Shown: piece after piece, positions 19,884 to 29,440 of the stretch
Layout: every line of letters begins with the position of its first letter
Position numbering within the stretch: the stretch's first letter is position 1
Origin: an uncultured archaeon
Lineage (GTDB): Archaea > Asgardarchaeota > Thorarchaeia > Thorarchaeales > Thorarchaeaceae
NCBI GenBank assembly: GCA_964631415.1
Contig: CAZVZC010000010.1
Coordinates: forward strand, 1-50,881
Length of the DNA stretch: 50,881 nucleotides
Direction of reading: 5' to 3'
Notes under the pieces: model-generated
What the model saw: the letters and a program-made list of their open reading frames with translations, nothing else
Told to the model about the DNA's origin: nothing
Databases searched by the model: none
Made by a program: the position numbers and the translations under genes

Positions 19884-20948
19884 ATGCCAGTCTTCGAAGA
19901 GGTCAGTCTTATCAGGGATATCGTGTTAGTCCTCGATTCCGCAGTCGTCCTTTACGGGCTGCTGTTCGCGGTCACGCTCGTGTACGGTTGGTTGAAGAGC
20001 CCGCTGAGGAAGTTTGCGGACGTCCGGCTGGCTTGGTCAGTGTTTATGTTTGGGATGGCATGCAACTCGTTCTCATTTACCATGTCTGACTTCTATTTCA
20101 CATCAGACCTTGAGTCACTGCTCTGGATCAAGGCAGGTTACATCTCGATGATGGTGGCACTGATTGGTTTCTTCATAGCACTCGAGAGAATCCTACCATA
20201 TCGATTGCACCACTTCTTCTCAGCAGTAGGCACGATTGTGGTCGTGGTCACATTCCTAGCTCCGCGAGAGATGCTGACTGCCCTCGCGCTCACGGCTTCA
20301 CTTGTCGCCTTCGGGATGCTCGCTCTCTTCTGTGTGTACTTCGTCAGAAACACAACAGGCTTGGTGAGAAGCAGCATACGACTCATCCTCTGTGGCTTCC
20401 TCATCGGGTTTCTAGGGTATTTGGGCCGCAGTGACTTCATCTATGCCAGCTTGGGGCCTGCGGTCTACATCGCTGGTGGTCTGATGCTGGCCGGCGGCCT
20501 GCTGATTCTTGGCACCGCGATACTCGGCTCCCCGGCTCTGGATGAGCTTGACTGGACCGATCAGATGCTCGAACTCTATGTCATTCATGTTAGCGGCCTG
20601 TTAATCTTCCATCACAAGTTCGTATCGGCAATGAACACGGACGAGAACCTCACGGCAGCCGGCATCACAGGCGTGCAGGAGCTGTTCAAGGAAATAACAC
20701 AGAGCAAGGCAGGTCTCAACAACCTGTCAATCGGAAACTTCGAGATTCTGTTCGCCCACGAGGCCAGCTTCGCCGCAGTACTCATCGCCAAGCAACCGTA
20801 TCGTGTCTTACTCGGAAAGGTCAAGGACTTCGCAGACAAGTTCCAGCTCGTGTTCGGGAAGGCTGTACAAGAGTTCTCCGGAGAGATCAGTCAGTTCGGG
20901 GCAGCCGATGCGCTTGTGAAGACCATCTTCAGTCCGGGGTCAAAGTAG
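19884..20948 (+). CDS. 7-TM membrane protein with a C-terminal longin-like domain
   Basis: Seven hydrophobic segments, then ELYVIHVSGLLIFHHKF...L.AAGITGVQELFKEI...ILF.H..FAAVLIA...KVKDFADKF...F. Confidence 0.75.
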   Translation: MPVFEEVSLIRDIVLVLDSAVVLYGLLFAVTLVYGWLKSPLRKFADVRLAWSVFMFGMACNSFSFTMSDFYFTSDLESLLWIKAGYISMMVALIGFFIALERILPYRLHHFFSAVGTIVVVVTFLAPREMLTALALTASLVAFGMLALFCVYFVRNTTGLVRSSIRLILCGFLIGFLGYLGRSDFIYASLGPAVYIAGGLMLAGGLLILGTAILGSPALDELDWTDQMLELYVIHVSGLLIFHHKFVSAMNTDENLTAAGITGVQELFKEITQSKAGLNNLSIGNFEILFAHEASFAAVLIAKQPYRVLLGKVKDFADKFQLVFGKAVQEFSGEISQFGAADALVKTIFSPGSK

Positions 20949-21023
20949 TCAGTCAAGGTGTATGATGCGGCCCAGAATCATTAGGCGGAGCACTTTTCAG
21001 TGACTTAATGCAAAGGAAGATGT

Positions 21024-21314
21024 ATGTCTGCAAAAACACCAACGAAAGCTGCAGCCAAGGCATCCAAGAAGAAGCAGGTTGGTACAGTAACACGCTTTTT
21101 GGACAAGATTAGCGTTGCCGCTATCAAGCTTGAACAGCCGCTACGTATTGGAAACAAGGTCACAATCGAAGGACCAGCAGGATTCCTTGAACAGGTAGTA
21201 GACTCCATGCAGATCGACCGGAAACCGATCCAGCAGGGGGCGCCTGGCCAAGAGATAGCTATCAAGGTCACAAAGGCAGTGCATGAAAACGACAAGGTCT
21301 TCGTCCTAGCGTGA
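21024..21314 (+). CDS. Small beta-barrel protein (translation elongation factor domain 2-like / peptidase U32 C-terminal-like)
   Basis: VGTVTRFLDKISVAAIKL..PLRIG..V.IEG...Q.VDSMQID.KPI...PGQEIAIKV...V.ENDKVF. Confidence 0.78.
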   Translation: MSAKTPTKAAAKASKKKQVGTVTRFLDKISVAAIKLEQPLRIGNKVTIEGPAGFLEQVVDSMQIDRKPIQQGAPGQEIAIKVTKAVHENDKVFVLA

Positions 21315-22232
21315 TCAAAAAGCCGAAACCGACACGTGCTTGCGGTTAATCACGAGTATTCCTGCAACTATGAGGCACATGCCAAAGAGCGAACTCCAAG
21401 AGATCACTTCGGCAAGGATAATGACTGATAGAGTCACTCCGAAGACCGGCACTAGATTCAGAAAAACCCCGGTTCTTGTGGGTCCAATCGTTTCGACACT
21501 CTTCAGGTATAGTAAGTCGCCGACGTAGCAGCCCATGACACCGATGAAGAGTATGTTGAGCCAGAAGGACGGTTCAAGTAGTCCCGGCAAAGACCAAAAC
21601 TGCTCGGCTATGGCTCCGACACCAAACATGAGAGTCCCTGCGAGTACTGCACCCGTCAGTGCCTCGAGTGGTGATATTGCGTCCATCACTCTCTTCCCAA
21701 TTGCTGAATAGAGTCCCCATGCGAACATGGCGCCCAGTATTATCACGTTTCCTACGAACTGCGGCAGTTGGAAGTCGACAAAAGCTTGGACCCCTATCAC
21801 AAGCATGACTCCCATAAAGCTGAGCAAGAAACCGAGGTACTGCCAGTGAGAATCGAGTGACTCCCTGTTCAAGAGATGTGCGAAGACGAACACTGCGGCA
21901 GGCGAGAACCCTGAGATTATGGAGCCTTGGCTCGCAGTTGTGAATTGCACTCCTATGAAGAAGAGAGCACTATACCCGAATATGCCCGTCAAACCGAGCA
22001 GGGTGAAAGCATTGAGATCTCCTCGCCCGTAGCGAGGCTTCGACCTTGGCCCTACAAGAAGCAGCTGCATGAGAAGCAGAACGCTCGCCGACAAATACTG
22101 AAAGAACCCTGCCGTGAACGGCGGAACCGCCGTCACAGCCAGCTTGCCTGCCACCCAGCATGCACCCCAGATCAGCATAGTCAGTATCAACAGGATGTAA
22201 GATCTGTAGACATGGACTGATGCTTTCTGCAT
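21315..22232 (-). CDS. DMT/EamA family transporter
   Basis: 10 TM segments, LIWG, duplicated EamA repeats, FLNLVPVFG. Confidence 0.88.
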   Translation of the reverse strand: MQKASVHVYRSYILLILTMLIWGACWVAGKLAVTAVPPFTAGFFQYLSASVLLLMQLLLVGPRSKPRYGRGDLNAFTLLGLTGIFGYSALFFIGVQFTTASQGSIISGFSPAAVFVFAHLLNRESLDSHWQYLGFLLSFMGVMLVIGVQAFVDFQLPQFVGNVIILGAMFAWGLYSAIGKRVMDAISPLEALTGAVLAGTLMFGVGAIAEQFWSLPGLLEPSFWLNILFIGVMGCYVGDLLYLKSVETIGPTRTGVFLNLVPVFGVTLSVIILAEVISWSSLFGMCLIVAGILVINRKHVSVSAF

Positions 22233-22350
22233 TTTGTCTGTTGGCCATGGCGCCAGCCCCGAATCCCTGTAATAATGGGATTGCATGAGGCAAGCAGCAG
22301 CTCGGTCACGAGAAGACTGTCATCTTGACTTGTGTCAGGCACTAGTGATG

Positions 22351-23013
22351 CTAATGGCGATACCTTCTGATTATCAGTACAGCCACTATGATCTCGGCGG
22401 AAATGATTGCAGCAGACAGAAGAACCGGCGTGCTGACTCCCACCGATAGACGATTGACCCCGGTGTGGAGAACCTCGGCGTCAGTGGCCAAGTCACGCAT
22501 GAGTACATAATACTGGAACGTTGCTCCGTCTGACTTCGAAAAGAGCAGACTCACGTTGGTTTGAAGAGTTCCCATGGTGCTGCCGCCTCTTATCCCCCAC
22601 ACGGAGGAGTCGTCAACCATCTCGTACTCAGAGGGAAGACCGACAAACATGAGGTCTGACAACAGGGGCCAATTCCCAACGGCAACAAAGATGAGGAAGG
22701 ATAGCCCTATCACCCCGCCAACTGCCATTGCTGAGCCATTTGCCCAATATGCAGTTGTGTTGAATGACATGACTTCTGAAGCCATCGTCACGATATCAGG
22801 CAGTGGGGGCATGCCATTCACGATTATGTAAACCCTCTCGTTCAGTGAAGGGATGCCATAGGAGGAGCTGCCGTGCACCACGAAAACATAGTCTAGCCTG
22901 TCGCCGCTCTTCAGCCCCCGGTAGAAGCCTTGAGTGTTTGTTGCACCAACCTGCGAAGTCATCATCGCAAGTACGACGAACGACACGAAACAGAACTTGA
23001 CCGCTCTATCCAC
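22351..23013 (-). CDS. Secreted, C-terminally membrane-anchored protein (paralog A)
   Basis: Signal peptide, GLKSGDRLDY, C-terminal TM + RRYRH; GTG start aligned to paralog B. Confidence 0.75.
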   Translation of the reverse strand: MDRAVKFCFVSFVVLAMMTSQVGATNTQGFYRGLKSGDRLDYVFVVHGSSSYGIPSLNERVYIIVNGMPPLPDIVTMASEVMSFNTTAYWANGSAMAVGGVIGLSFLIFVAVGNWPLLSDLMFVGLPSEYEMVDDSSVWGIRGGSTMGTLQTNVSLLFSKSDGATFQYYVLMRDLATDAEVLHTGVNRLSVGVSTPVLLSAAIISAEIIVAVLIIRRYRH

Positions 23014-23047
23014 GGGTCCCAACTCCGTTCACCTACAAACGAAAGAG

Positions 23048-23078
23048 AAGACGCTTTTCGTCTTGTAACCTTTCACAA
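23048..23078 (-). promoter_or_regulatory. BRE/TATA with adjacent palindrome (paralog A promoter)
   Basis: Minus strand reads gtgaaaggttacAAGACG-N5-CGTCTT; conserved in paralog B. Confidence 0.5.
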
Positions 23079-23167
23079 CTTGCGGGCCCAGACCCGGCAA
23101 CAGCAACTTGGCTGCCGAGCTCCGGAATTCAAGCGTTCCGTGATTCAGAAGGGCCGCACTGCTTAAG

Positions 23168-23830
23168 CTAGTGGCGATATCTTCTTACTAACAGCACAGC
23201 GACTACGATCTCAGCAGAAATGATGGCAACAGACACTAGAACCGACGTGCTGATTCCCTGCGTCAGTCGATTGAACTCGGCATAGTAGACCTCAGTGTCT
23301 GTGGTCGGGTCACGCAAGGACGCGGAGTAGTGGTATGTTCCTCCGTCTGACTTCAGAAAGGTCCAACTCATGTCTGAGTACATCGTCGCGATTGTGTAGT
23401 TGCTTGCGAAACCCCACAAAGTCGAGTCGTCGATAAATTGGTACTCAGGAATTACGGGACCGGACATGAGAGATGTCAACAGGGGCCAGTTGCCGACTGC
23501 AACGAACACAGTTGGCGGGAACCCCGTCGCAATACCTTCGGGAGCTAACGGTGTGCCGTTTAACCAGTACGCGCTGGCATTGTAGGCCATCGCCTGTTGA
23601 ATATTGGTGGCTCTGTCAGGCAGCGGAGGCAAGCTGTTTACGATAACGTATATTCTGTCGGTGACAGAGTAAGCAGTATACGAGAGATTACTGCGCGTCA
23701 CAAAAGAATAGTCAATCCTGTCGCCGCTCTTTAGGCCCCAGGAAAGTCCCTGGACATTCGCCCCGTCAGCTGGGGCAGCCATCAGGGCAAGAAACAACAA
23801 CACTGGACAGAACTTGGCGGCTTTGTACAC
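23168..23830 (-). CDS. Secreted, C-terminally membrane-anchored protein (paralog B)
   Basis: Signal peptide, GLKSGDRIDY, VAVGNWPLL, AIISAEI.VAVL..RRYRH shared with paralog A. Confidence 0.75.
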   Translation of the reverse strand: MYKAAKFCPVLLFLALMAAPADGANVQGLSWGLKSGDRIDYSFVTRSNLSYTAYSVTDRIYVIVNSLPPLPDRATNIQQAMAYNASAYWLNGTPLAPEGIATGFPPTVFVAVGNWPLLTSLMSGPVIPEYQFIDDSTLWGFASNYTIATMYSDMSWTFLKSDGGTYHYSASLRDPTTDTEVYYAEFNRLTQGISTSVLVSVAIISAEIVVAVLLVRRYRH

Positions 23831-23864
23831 GGGTCCTCACTCCGTACATTCAAAAACGGACCTG

Positions 23865-23895
23865 ATGACGCTTCTCGTCTTATAACTTTTCACAA
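23865..23895 (-). promoter_or_regulatory. BRE/TATA with adjacent palindrome (paralog B promoter)
   Basis: Minus strand reads gtgaaaagttatAAGACG-N5-CGTCAT. Confidence 0.5.
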
Positions 23896-23991
23896 CCCGC
23901 GGTCGCAAACATTCCACGGGCGACGTAGCTGCCAAGAATTCAGAATGCGAGTGTTTCAAGATGCAGAAGAACTCCGAAATCTAAAAAGACC

Positions 23992-25269
23992 ATGAGTGTC
24001 CATCATCATGCGATGACCGTCAGACTTCCGACCGCCATTCCAAGGCTTGAACGACGTTTCTTGGGCCTCAACTCTGTTCTGTGGCGATTGGCCTCCGTCG
24101 TTGCAGTGGCACAATTTGGATGGAGCATCTGGTACTGGCAGTTCTCGGTGTTTCTCGCTAAGAATGTTGACGAGTGGCAAATCGGGATTGTCCTGGCCTC
24201 AGGAACGGTAGCAACTCTCCTGGGGTACCCCATCTCAGGGGCTCTATCGGATCTGATGGGTCGCAAGAAGACAATGTTGCTTTCTTTCGTCCCAGTATCC
24301 GCTGGCCTGGCACTTCTCGCTATGAGGCCGGAGTGGCCGCTTGTAGTGTTCGAGTACGCTCTGGCGGCATTCGGCTGGTCATTCATAATGGTAGTCGAGA
24401 GGGCTATGGCGGCAGACGTAGTCATTGAGGACAAAGGACAGGACTCGGCAAGGACATTTTCAATGATAATTGCTCCTGCGATCTTTGTTTATGGCCTCGC
24501 TCCCCTTGTGGCTTCGGGTCTACTTGTCTGGGGTCTCACACAGGACATGCTGATCTCGATTGGAGCAGTCACGTCACTCCTTGCATTGGTGATAGCGCCA
24601 CGCGTCCTAAGGGAAACATTGACCGAACAAACAATGGACCGAGCCAGAGCCGGGTCCAAGGTCCCCATCCGAAGCTTTGGTCTCGATTATTGGAAGATCA
24701 TTCTTGGCATGGCGGGCTTCTACTTCGCCTCTGGTATGACTCTATCATACTTCGGTAACCTGTTCGTAGATGAATGGTACCTCGACCTGCCGACTTTCGG
24801 TCTCACATGGACAGCGTTCTCATTCACACAGGCACTCCTGACTTACACGGTGAGCGGTCTAGCTGATCGGAATCTGAGAGCTTCGCTATTCTTGGCGGTC
24901 TTAGGCAACTGGTTCTTGATAGGAGTCAGTGGTGTGGGTGGAGGTGTCGCACTTGCATTCGCAGTGAACATAACATCGGCGCCCCTCATGATTCTCTGGA
25001 TGGGAGCAGAGAACTCCATCATCGCCGCAAACGTCACTGAAGAAGCTCAAGGGCGCGCGATGGGAGTGTACAGCCTACTGTTGAACTCATTAAACATCAT
25101 AGCCGCTCCCCTAGGCGCGATGCTCTGGATTAGTACGGGAAGCCTTCGAAGCGTATTCATCATTACGACAATCGCGAGTGCCCCGTTGCTCTTGGTTCTG
25201 GGTTTTATTCTGAGGGGGATTACAGCACGCCCTTCATCCCAAGAGTCGGGAATAACGGTCACACCCTAG
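23992..25269 (+). CDS. MFS transporter
   Basis: 12 TM segments; GALSDLMGRKK, QGRAMG. Confidence 0.85.
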   Translation: MSVHHHAMTVRLPTAIPRLERRFLGLNSVLWRLASVVAVAQFGWSIWYWQFSVFLAKNVDEWQIGIVLASGTVATLLGYPISGALSDLMGRKKTMLLSFVPVSAGLALLAMRPEWPLVVFEYALAAFGWSFIMVVERAMAADVVIEDKGQDSARTFSMIIAPAIFVYGLAPLVASGLLVWGLTQDMLISIGAVTSLLALVIAPRVLRETLTEQTMDRARAGSKVPIRSFGLDYWKIILGMAGFYFASGMTLSYFGNLFVDEWYLDLPTFGLTWTAFSFTQALLTYTVSGLADRNLRASLFLAVLGNWFLIGVSGVGGGVALAFAVNITSAPLMILWMGAENSIIAANVTEEAQGRAMGVYSLLLNSLNIIAAPLGAMLWISTGSLRSVFIITTIASAPLLLVLGFILRGITARPSSQESGITVTP

Positions 25270-25506
25270 GCGCATGAGCACAAAGCATGTAGTTAGGCCG
25301 ATACTCTGTAGGAATCCAAGACGAAGAGATGGGCCATCGACTCCCCGTGTGGTTTCTGTGTTTCTGTGGCTTGCCGCTCAACGTGTTGATGGCAGTTCCG
25401 CAATGTGAACGCCTCCTCGACTATGACATGCTCCACTAAGGAGCTCGGATAGTCGTCGATACAACTCCATGTGTGTCAAGTGGGCATCTGAAGATGGGCT
25501 CGTGTT

Positions 25507-26511
25507 CTAAGTCTTCTTTGACTCTTCTTCGAGCTTCTGCTTCTCCTTCTCGATCTCTTCTATTCGCTTCTTCTTAGATTCCTCAGCCTTCTTTGTACGC
25601 TTGTCTACATCTTCGATGCGCTTCTCTACAGCCGACAGCTCCTTCTTCCTGTGGCTCTCTGCATTCTTGTATTCTTTGTCGGCATCATCCCACTCTTTCT
25701 TCGCGAGTTTGAGGTCGCGCTCTATGCTCTCGGTACGTGTTCTCTTGGCATCCGCAGCAGTACGGTAGCGCTCGACTTCTGGATCAAGACGTGCACGCAG
25801 GTTGTCTAGATCTGACTGAAGCTGCTTGTGTTCGAGGCCAAGGGCCTTGATGTCTAGTTCAATCTTTCTAATCTTCTCGTCTCTGAGATACTCGTCCGCA
25901 GTTGTCGAGACTGCAGCCGCCGAGACTGAGGAAACGAATCCTTTGGCCTCTTCCTCGCTTGGCCTGAGAACTGACGGTATCCTAACTGACGAGCCCACCG
26001 CAGCCTTAGGCTCTTCTCGCTCTGGCACCAAAGGCTCAGCCTCCTCCGCGGTCGCGGCCGTTTCGAAGACCCCAGCAGAAGGCTCCAGCTTTGGCGCAGC
26101 TGCCTCCTTCTTTGCACGAGCCTCTGCTTCCTTCACTTTCTCCAGAACCAGCTTCATGACCTCCTTGCCTTTCTCGGACTCAACTCCGGCCACCTCGGCC
26201 GATCCCTTTTCGCCCGTTGTTTCGAGAGGCATCTCATAGCTGGAAGTGGTCACCTTGGTCTCTTCAGGGGCGGCCATGGAAGGAACACGTATTTCATCCG
26301 CGCTGCTTGTCTCCTCTCCTTCGGTAACCCCTTCCACCTCTTTGGCGCCCCGAAGGCTGGCCGCAGTTGTCACCCTTCCCGTTTCGGGAACAACAGCAGC
26401 AGGCGCCTTTGGCTTAGCGGCTTCTGCCGTGGCAAGAAGAGAGGCCCCACATCTGACGCAGAACTTGCGTGTAACATCATTGGCTCTTCCACACTTTGGA
26501 CAGGTTTTCAA
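25507..26511 (-). CDS. Zinc-ribbon protein with a low-complexity linker and a long C-terminal coiled coil
   Basis: CPKCGRAN...KFCVRCGASL; A/E/P-rich middle; E/K/R heptad-like tail. Confidence 0.8.
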   Translation of the reverse strand: MKTCPKCGRANDVTRKFCVRCGASLLATAEAAKPKAPAAVVPETGRVTTAASLRGAKEVEGVTEGEETSSADEIRVPSMAAPEETKVTTSSYEMPLETTGEKGSAEVAGVESEKGKEVMKLVLEKVKEAEARAKKEAAAPKLEPSAGVFETAATAEEAEPLVPEREEPKAAVGSSVRIPSVLRPSEEEAKGFVSSVSAAAVSTTADEYLRDEKIRKIELDIKALGLEHKQLQSDLDNLRARLDPEVERYRTAADAKRTRTESIERDLKLAKKEWDDADKEYKNAESHRKKELSAVEKRIEDVDKRTKKAEESKKKRIEEIEKEKQKLEEESKKT

Positions 26512-26661
26512 GATTCACCTACTCCTTTGTCCTTGAGCAATGCCTTGATTGTAGGCGCACTATCAGATATGCATTTGGCTTGTCTCTCTAGAAGCACAGG
26601 GGACTCCGCTTTGCCTCTGAAATCCATCCGAAGAAACCTGGAGGGAATCGTACTGCACAGA

Positions 26662-28434
26662 TTATCTAAGGTAGTGACAATCAGGATCGAACGCTCTCAG
26701 CAGCTGAAGGTCCTCATGTCTCGGCGGAGGTAACATCCTGACGCCTGCCGCCACCTCCAAGTCCCAGCCAGTGTTCTCTCGAATGTCAGCAATCAGGGAT
26801 TCCGAAATGTGGTCGGCACCGTCTGTTGGAGGAATCAGCGCATCCAGTATGAACGGACCTCCCCCAGCCGGCTTTCGAAAGACGGCTTTTGTAGTTACGA
26901 GGGCCGTGACTCTTTTACCTAAGCCGGTTGCATAAGGGACCTGCGGCCAAAGCCTTTGAGCATCGTGAGGACAGCACACGACAACTTCGGCAGCACCACT
27001 CAAAACATCGTTCGCTCCGCCGCTGCCAAGCAACCATGTCTTCATCTCAGGCACACAGGTCGAGTCCACATTGCCATACTGATCCACAATCGCGGCACCC
27101 AACATCCCGATGCACTTCTGTCTTCGAGCACCCGAAACTTGCGTGCCGAGTACGTCGAGCGTCGACCCCAGCCCTGTGCATGTGGAAATGTTGGCCGAAT
27201 TGAAAATGAGGGGTTGGGACGGGCGAGGAGAGTAGCCGTACAGGCCTATCTCAGCCATGAGGTCAACATCTATGCCTTCCTCAGCCAGCATGTAGTATGC
27301 CATCCATGCAGACAGGTTCGATGTTCCTTGGCCAGCCAGGATTGACCGATAGCCCTTGGCTCGCACCTGCTCCGTACACACTTGGGCCATAGCAAGGATC
27401 ATCTGTTCAACCGGCTTGGGTGGTGCATTCATGTCGAGGCGTTTCATCGCATTCGACGTCTGCTCTTTCCATGCATCTGGAAACGCCCTCTCACGCAGCA
27501 GCTTCAGATGGGCCAAGCCAAGTTTCTTGAGATATCCAGCTTGGTCGATGGCCAGCACCCACTCTTTGGCCCAAGCGTCCAACTTGGCTAGGTCCTTGCT
27601 TGACTTCCTGAAGTCGAGAAGGAACTGTTCATCCTCCGAGTATCCCCACTCTGGATGATAGCCGCGGCAAGGCGATGGATGGGCGCCGTAGGGCATGTCA
27701 ACCACAGCGATACACTGTGAAGAGGGCACCAACAGATCTTCGCTGTGAGCCTTCACGAACTCAGAACCCACAATGCGGTCCACGGATGCAATCACGCCTT
27801 CACGGGCGGCCATAGCGCCGTAGTTGCTCTCAGTCCAAGGTGACCTAGCCAGGATATTACCACTGGTATCTGCCGCCCATCCGTGGACCAGAGTGTAGTC
27901 GGGTGCCAGTGCCGACACCACAAGTTGATCGCCATCGGCAAACGGGTTGGTGACCTTAGCCAGACCTGTTCCTGTGTTTTCTGCTTCCATACCACTCCCG
28001 GACAGGCTGTTGGTCGGAACGAATGGCAATCCAAGCGCACCTGCCATCAACCGCTGGACGAGTGTCAGCAGTGACCAGTTTTCGATTGTGACGTCTCCCG
28101 AACGGTAGTTCTCCTGAAACACAGTCGCAGGTGATGGAGCAGGGTACACATTCCCTGCATAGGATGTGATGACTCGCCTAAGAAAGCCGGGATCTCTCAG
28201 CATGACCTGAACATTCACACTCGCGCCCAGTGTGACAAGTTGAAAGCCCGGTCTTCTGCCCCAGAACTGGCGAGTCAACTCATAGGTGAGACCAAAGGGC
28301 ACCGAGTGCGTGGCCGCAAGATGTACGGTACTCCCCGGCCGTACCAGCCGCACAGCCTCAGGGGCCGGCACCAGCTTGCCTTTTCGTTCTCTCTTGTCAA
28401 GCCGCTCAAGCCGCTCGATGATGGGCATAGCCAT
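26662..28434 (-). CDS. Family I CoA-transferase, fused alpha/beta (glutaconate CoA-transferase-like)
   Basis: AGALGLPFVP, VHGWAAD.SGN, YGAHPS, LMAEIG (catalytic Glu region), VDQYGNVDST, GSGGAND. Confidence 0.88.
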   Translation of the reverse strand: MAMPIIERLERLDKRERKGKLVPAPEAVRLVRPGSTVHLAATHSVPFGLTYELTRQFWGRRPGFQLVTLGASVNVQVMLRDPGFLRRVITSYAGNVYPAPSPATVFQENYRSGDVTIENWSLLTLVQRLMAGALGLPFVPTNSLSGSGMEAENTGTGLAKVTNPFADGDQLVVSALAPDYTLVHGWAADTSGNILARSPWTESNYGAMAAREGVIASVDRIVGSEFVKAHSEDLLVPSSQCIAVVDMPYGAHPSPCRGYHPEWGYSEDEQFLLDFRKSSKDLAKLDAWAKEWVLAIDQAGYLKKLGLAHLKLLRERAFPDAWKEQTSNAMKRLDMNAPPKPVEQMILAMAQVCTEQVRAKGYRSILAGQGTSNLSAWMAYYMLAEEGIDVDLMAEIGLYGYSPRPSQPLIFNSANISTCTGLGSTLDVLGTQVSGARRQKCIGMLGAAIVDQYGNVDSTCVPEMKTWLLGSGGANDVLSGAAEVVVCCPHDAQRLWPQVPYATGLGKRVTALVTTKAVFRKPAGGGPFILDALIPPTDGADHISESLIADIRENTGWDLEVAAGVRMLPPPRHEDLQLLRAFDPDCHYLR

Positions 28435-28545
28435 ATCGTGACATTGGGGGAGCGCTCCTCATCAGTCTTTCTTTTCACGGCGAGCATCTCAGAAGAAGGA
28501 TGTAGCAGTACCTGTGGCCGGGTGAACCCTATGGTGTTCAGGAGA

Positions 28546-29220
28546 TCATTTCTTCCTGAAGTGGACCACCAAAGCCAAGACAGCTAGGATTGCACCGACC
28601 GCGGCCACCAGCAAGACTGTATGTCCCCACCGTAGAGTGTCTGAGAGCGGGAATCGGTCCACTCGTCCTTCGACCACGACTAGCTTCTGACCACTGTGAA
28701 GGTCTCCGATTCTCGACATGGCCTTTGGGAATCCGGGTGAGATCCTCTTCTCGTAGTACCTTTGACTCCACTGAGGTAGGTGATGTGTTGTGCCAATCTG
28801 GACGAATCCAACTTTCTCGTAGAACGGTTTCGTTCTAAGGTTCCATTCTGGAGTGTCCAACACCCACAGATCAGCTGATGGATATCTACCCCAAATCAGC
28901 TCGAAGGCTCTCTGCCCTATGCCCTTTCTCATGTAGTTGGGTTCTATCCAGATTCTCTCACACACCTGGTATCCCGGACCCCGATCTCCTGCAATGAATC
29001 CCCCAACGATATCATCTCCATTGAGGATCTTGTGGTATTGCAGGTATGTATTGTTGATCCCGCGTGTGTTCCATGCAACTGAATCATAGCCGGGAGGACC
29101 ACCTAGGCCAGGAGCCCCTACCTCTGAGTCAGATTCAAACGCTCTCTTGCATGTCTGTGTCAGGATCTCAGCATCTTCGGCTTCCGCTCTGCGGACCGTG
29201 ATATCGGTTGTCGCCACCAT
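28546..29220 (-). CDS. GNAT acetyltransferase with an anomalous C-terminus (OB-fold start plus TM anchor)
   Basis: GGPPGYDS, YMRKGIG, LDTPEWNLRT.PFYEKVGF; tail RIGDLHSGQKLVVVEGRV then a TM + RKK. Confidence 0.78.
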   Translation of the reverse strand: MVATTDITVRRAEAEDAEILTQTCKRAFESDSEVGAPGLGGPPGYDSVAWNTRGINNTYLQYHKILNGDDIVGGFIAGDRGPGYQVCERIWIEPNYMRKGIGQRAFELIWGRYPSADLWVLDTPEWNLRTKPFYEKVGFVQIGTTHHLPQWSQRYYEKRISPGFPKAMSRIGDLHSGQKLVVVEGRVDRFPLSDTLRWGHTVLLVAAVGAILAVLALVVHFRKK

Positions 29221-29440
29221 TGAATATGCCCTTTTACTATCAAGGGTACTGGTTTTTCATTCCTTCTCTCGATTCTTGCGAGCTGAGATTAGAGTCAATA
29301 CTAGGCTAAGGGTCTGTTTCAAAAAGAGGCGGTTCCGAGATATAACATCCCCCGAGCACATCCGAACAACAGTTAATATTCCGAACACTGATTTGCCTTC
29401 TGAACCTAAGAACTAACTGACCTGTACCGAGGTTTTTGAC

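Noticed and set aside
25325-25400. Fluoride riboswitch-like words (GAGATGG...TGATGG)
   Set aside because: Pseudoknot complementarity is missing and there is no downstream gene on that strand.
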